A DNA stretch of 61,033 bases, counting the filler, from Dimorphilus gyrociliatus (taxonomy: Eukaryota > Animalia > Annelida), in NCBI GenBank assembly GCA_904063045.1. It is 4 parts of 4 records of this genome, joined end to end, with 100 filler letters (N's around TTAATTAATTAA, not from the genome) between each part and the next. Parts side by side here need not be neighbours in the genome. Positions count along the whole stretch, not along the records: positions 47,513 to 61,033 come from CAJFCJ010000146.1; 3 more parts are not named here. The stretch is one strand, 5' to 3'. Numbering within the stretch: position 1 is the first letter of the stretch; the number at the start of each line of letters is the position of its first letter. The notes beneath the pieces are model-generated. The model did not search any database. It worked only from the letters and a program-made list of their open reading frames with translations, and was not told the origin of the DNA. The position numbers and the translations under genes are program-made. Positions 57,387-61,033 of the stretch are shown here, piece by piece.

Positions 57387-59483
57387 TTTTATATAACAAT
57401 ATATAATGTGTCACTTCTCAGCTAATCCCTGTAATCTTGTAAAAGCATATTTTCAGAGTTTCTTCAACTTTTGTAAAAGCTTTAATATAAACAGCTTGAC
57501 AATGATCTGCTTTGGTTGGTCTGAAACGTGATATGCATGAAAAGCTCGCAATATTTCGGGACTTTTGTCCCTTTTTCAAGTGAGTTGGAGAGTGACCGGT
57601 AGATCGCTAGCAAGGTAAAAGAGAGTGAATGTATGAGAACAGTGTGAGAAAGCAACGAAATTTTAGATACAAGCAATAAATAAATCTTGTAAACTTTTTA
57701 ATATTGTTCAATTCTGATAACCACCACTGAGATCTGCGATGAACTTTTCGCAATAGGCCTACTATAATAGTGTAGTATAAAAATATGTACGGATTTTTTT
57801 TGTTATGATAAGTAATATTGATTTGTAAAATAAAATTTTAGGGTTAGGTTATTTTTATTTTTGAAAAATAAAAAAAAATATCATTGAATCTTAGTCATTC
57901 TTGCCATGTTACGAAGGGTTCGTTTTGTATATTTTCTTCTTAACTTGATGGTATATTTTCTCAATGTTATAGTCGGCAGAATAGTCATCCATCACCAAAT
58001 ACTTTAATTTTACATTCTTCATTTCCGAATAAATGTTGTATAGAATAAAGTCGGCCGTTTTTTCTCTTATAATTCTTTTCTCTTCCAATGAATCAAGGAG
58101 CTCACGATTTCTCCACATTGCCATAACGTCCGTCACACGAAACTATGGGCGGCCATAAAAGCTGAAATAGACTGGTTAACGCACACTTGTTTCCTCTTTA
58201 TCAAATTTTCAGTATACAACGGCTATTACAATGGTTATTATTCCTTCCGATTCTTTACATAGAAGAAAGCTATATTTAAAATAAGCATTTCTATTAATTA
58301 TAAAAGACATAATGAATTGTTCATGATTTAGCAATACATTTTGAGCGCCATCTTTAGATAGGTTAAACAGCCATGATTATGCTCAAAAAGGCGCCGTCTA
58401 GCGAATGATTGGAGATCGTATTAGTATGAAAACTAGTCAACTCTGTTAGATCTAGATATTATAAGAGCATTAATATTTCCAAATCAAATGCAAACATTTT
58501 CCTTATGAAAGATCTTGAATATTGATCTTTGATTCTCTTAAGAAACAACTGACTTTGTGAAGAGAAGATTGAGAGAGAGAGAGAGAGAAACAACAAACCA
58601 ATCATCTTATTGAATTATCTTCATTTTATTTGATATAACTAAAAATCTACCAATATCCAACATTTATTAACAATTTAACCTATTTTAATTATGTGCAGTA
58701 AACAGCATTTCTGAATAATATTGGAAACTTTTTGAATAAATAGACTGAACTGTTCAAAGTTATTCAATATACTTGAATATATAGCCTATAGAAAAAAGCA
58801 ATAATATACAATTATATTGTATTTCATCGAATTGCAAAATACCTCTTTGTCTATGTATTAACGATAAAAAGTTTATCTCTTTAAGCTTGTTTGCTAACAT
58901 AGAGTTTATATAAGAAAAAAAAACTAATGTTAACTTTGTCCAATTGGCAGAGTAGACTTTGAAACAAGTTAACGATGGCTTCGTGTGACAATTGGGCGCA
59001 AAAATTCACATAAATATTGAACTGTAACAGATCAACTTATTGTCCGATGTAAACTACAACTTGTATTAGATAAGTAAAATAGATATTTTTAACCCTAACA
59101 CCAACCAACCCGTAGTTACCCTCTTAAATTAACATTTCAAGTCTCTATATATACTGTATATAGGCTAAAAATGCAGAATTTGAACCATCCCATTGTAAAA
59201 TAATGATAGTATTTATAATTATGTAAACGTGTCCAATACTTTTCATAGAATCTTGTTGAATAAACTGAAATATTATCAACTGTAGTGCCACCTAGAAAGT
59301 AATTAAAATATTGAATTTTTCATAATAGAATTGGAAGAAAGTATGAAAATTAATTTTGAAATTACTTTGGGAATAGCATTTTATATTAAATTTAGCCAAA
59401 TGTAGTTAATAGATTATCACGAATAACGGGAATTATACAACATATAGAACTTTTAACGAATCTCTTGTTTTTTCAAAGAATCA

Positions 59484-59630
59484 AGTGGGTTAGTAGTTAG
59501 GGTTAGGGTTAGGTTAAACCCTAAATCATGATTGTAAATTCTATGTATTTCATTAAAACGATGGGCTTTGGTAGAAGGGTTAGAAAGGGTTAAGGATAGA
59601 AAAAAGGGCGTGAACGTTTTTCTCCATCTT
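59484..59630. repeat. TTAGGG-containing sequence at the truncated 3' end of the LRR gene
   Basis: GGGTTAGTAGTTAGGGTTAGGGTTAGGTTAAACCCTA at 59487..59523 and degenerate AGGGTTAG units at ~59577..59593. Confidence 0.6.
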
Positions 59631-59657
59631 CCTTCATATGCATAGTCTTTCGTTTTT

Positions 59658-60770
59658 CTATTGAATAATCTCTTGTAGAGAACTACATTGTTGTAGAAGA
59701 GAAGATAAGGATTTAGTCTGTTTTTTAGTAAGATCACAATGTGAGAAATCTAATTTCAAGAGTGTATTTGACGAAAATTCTAATGCGGAGCATATCTGTT
59801 GAAATCCCTGACCAGACGTATTATTAGATTCAAAATTGAATTCTTGTAATGAACGACATTCTTTTAAGAGCGATGCTAGCCAATAGCATTGTTTTTCATT
59901 CGGGCAACAATTGCCAAATGTCATTTTTAATAGAGTATTACGCGAAGACATTAATCCGTTGCATATAGCTTCGAAACCATTGCCACAGTATCGATTCCAA
60001 TCCAAATTAATCTCCTCCAATAAACAACATTCCCTTAAAAGGGATCCGAGCAGATAGCTACGCTCTTCGGTTAGATAGCAGAATGAAAAGTCAATGCTTA
60101 AGAGTGTATGCGATGAAGATTTTAATCCGTCACATATTCCTTCAAATCCTCTACCAGTTGAGTAATTGATTATCAAATTAATCTCTTGTATTGAACTGCA
60201 TTGTTTTAAGAAGACGCCCATTAAAGAACATTGTTCTTCAGTTAAAGAAAGATTAAAATTGATTTTCGAAAGAGTGCTACAAGACGATTTTAATCCAGAG
60301 ATAATCCTTTTGAATTTATCACCTAAATACGAAACTATATCGATAATTATGAATTTTAGGCAATGGCATCTCAACAGTTGTTGCTCTAAATTGTAAAAAT
60401 CTTCACCGCAAAGCCTACAGATAAGTAATTGAACATTTTCCAGACAATAATTGAATGGTATATTATAAATTGAATTGAAACCATTCAATATCAGACATTT
60501 AATTGGATGATTATTCAAAAATTTGAAATCTTGAACTTGTATAAATTTTTCTTGTTCAATTGAAATGTTTGTTAACTTTGTAATATCGGAAGTGAAAAAT
60601 TCCAGTTCGTTCCTTGAAAATGGCTTATAATCCGTATTAGCAAATTCAAATAGTTCCATACCTAGTTCACTAGGTATAGTCAATGAATTTCGTCTACAAA
60701 TTTTACTAAGAGCATACAAGTTATGCCTGATTATTTCAATTGTTAAATCTTTCAGCTCTTTAACAGTCAT
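59658..60770 (-). CDS. RNI-like leucine-rich repeat protein with a BC-box/VHL-box-like N-terminus, intronless, probably 3'-truncated
   Basis: Likely ATG at 60770 (MTVKELKDLTIEIIRHNL...IPSELGMELFEF). About four 56-57-residue double LRR units (LLxxCxSLQEINL...GxGFxxICxGLxSSxxTLxxIxF); ends mid-repeat at LQEIIQ*. Confidence 0.8.
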   Translation of the reverse strand: MTVKELKDLTIEIIRHNLYALSKICRRNSLTIPSELGMELFEFANTDYKPFSRNELEFFTSDITKLTNISIEQEKFIQVQDFKFLNNHPIKCLILNGFNSIYNIPFNYCLENVQLLICRLCGEDFYNLEQQLLRCHCLKFIIIDIVSYLGDKFKRIISGLKSSCSTLSKINFNLSLTEEQCSLMGVFLKQCSSIQEINLIINYSTGRGFEGICDGLKSSSHTLLSIDFSFCYLTEERSYLLGSLLRECCLLEEINLDWNRYCGNGFEAICNGLMSSRNTLLKMTFGNCCPNEKQCYWLASLLKECRSLQEFNFESNNTSGQGFQQICSALEFSSNTLLKLDFSHCDLTKKQTKSLSSLLQQCSSLQEIIQ

Positions 60771-61033
60771 TGCTGTTCGCAAAGAAACAAATAGATTTAT
60801 ATTACATAGTATTACCAGGCATATGATTAAATTATTCAACTATGGACATCATATTCTCTATACGGAACGTATCTCGATCTACATAGAATAGAATGATGTT
60901 TGTTTAGATTAAGAGAACATTTTACTTTTTATTCAAATGATTATTACTGAAATGACAGCCTATTCTTAGTCTTCCATTTTGATATTAAATATTAATAACG
61001 TTCTATGTTTCTATCTGGAAAATTATTTAATTA

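Noticed and set aside
57408-57722. Possible solo LTR (TG start, GC-richer body, AATAAA, CA end)
   Set aside because: No second copy, PBS, PPT or TSD could be identified in the window.
57909-58260. 75-aa ORF MTDVMAMWRNRE... as a gene
   Set aside because: GTG start, several upstream in-frame stops and no recognisable domain; at most an unassignable relic.
59453-59737. 94-aa minus-strand ORF
   Set aside because: Alternative frame of the LRR 3' end running into TAACCC repeats (LTLTLT); not a credible protein.

Overview
Very AT-rich eukaryotic DNA made of four unrelated contigs joined by artificial 100-bp spacers (44 N + TTAATTAATTAA + 44 N) at 16061-16160, 39461-39560 and 47413-47512. Contigs 1, 2 and 4 are from a compact-genome invertebrate with many introns of about 45-70 nt. 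The gene families point to a lophotrochozoan, and a miniaturised annelid such as Dimorphilus is an unverified guess. These contigs carry an EGF/cadherin membrane protein, RING proteins, a very large CxxC-rich GPI-anchored protein ending in a Ly6/uPAR-like domain, discoidin/fucolectin and ITIH-like proteins, a GRL101-like GPCR and RNI-like LRR genes. They also hold many decayed NACHT/NLR, LRR and LDLa-receptor fragments mixed with Tc1 (DD34E), MULE and Ty3/gypsy elements. Contig 3 (39561-47412) is different: intronless genes (RhoGAP, SLC41/MgtE, a shortened adrenodoxin reductase, HSF), most with a CCC/GGG motif just before the ATG. It is best read as DNA of a co-sequenced microsporidian parasite. 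The other main observations are a 957-bp foldback MULE with a perfect 9-bp TSD that splits a RING gene and carries an NLR-like host fragment, a gag + integrase gypsy derivative with a tRNA-Ser PBS, and a probably intact Tc1 transposase broken only at a C16 run. No prokaryotic features, CRISPR, rRNA or tRNA genes were seen. All assignments come from manual motif reading; no database searches were run.
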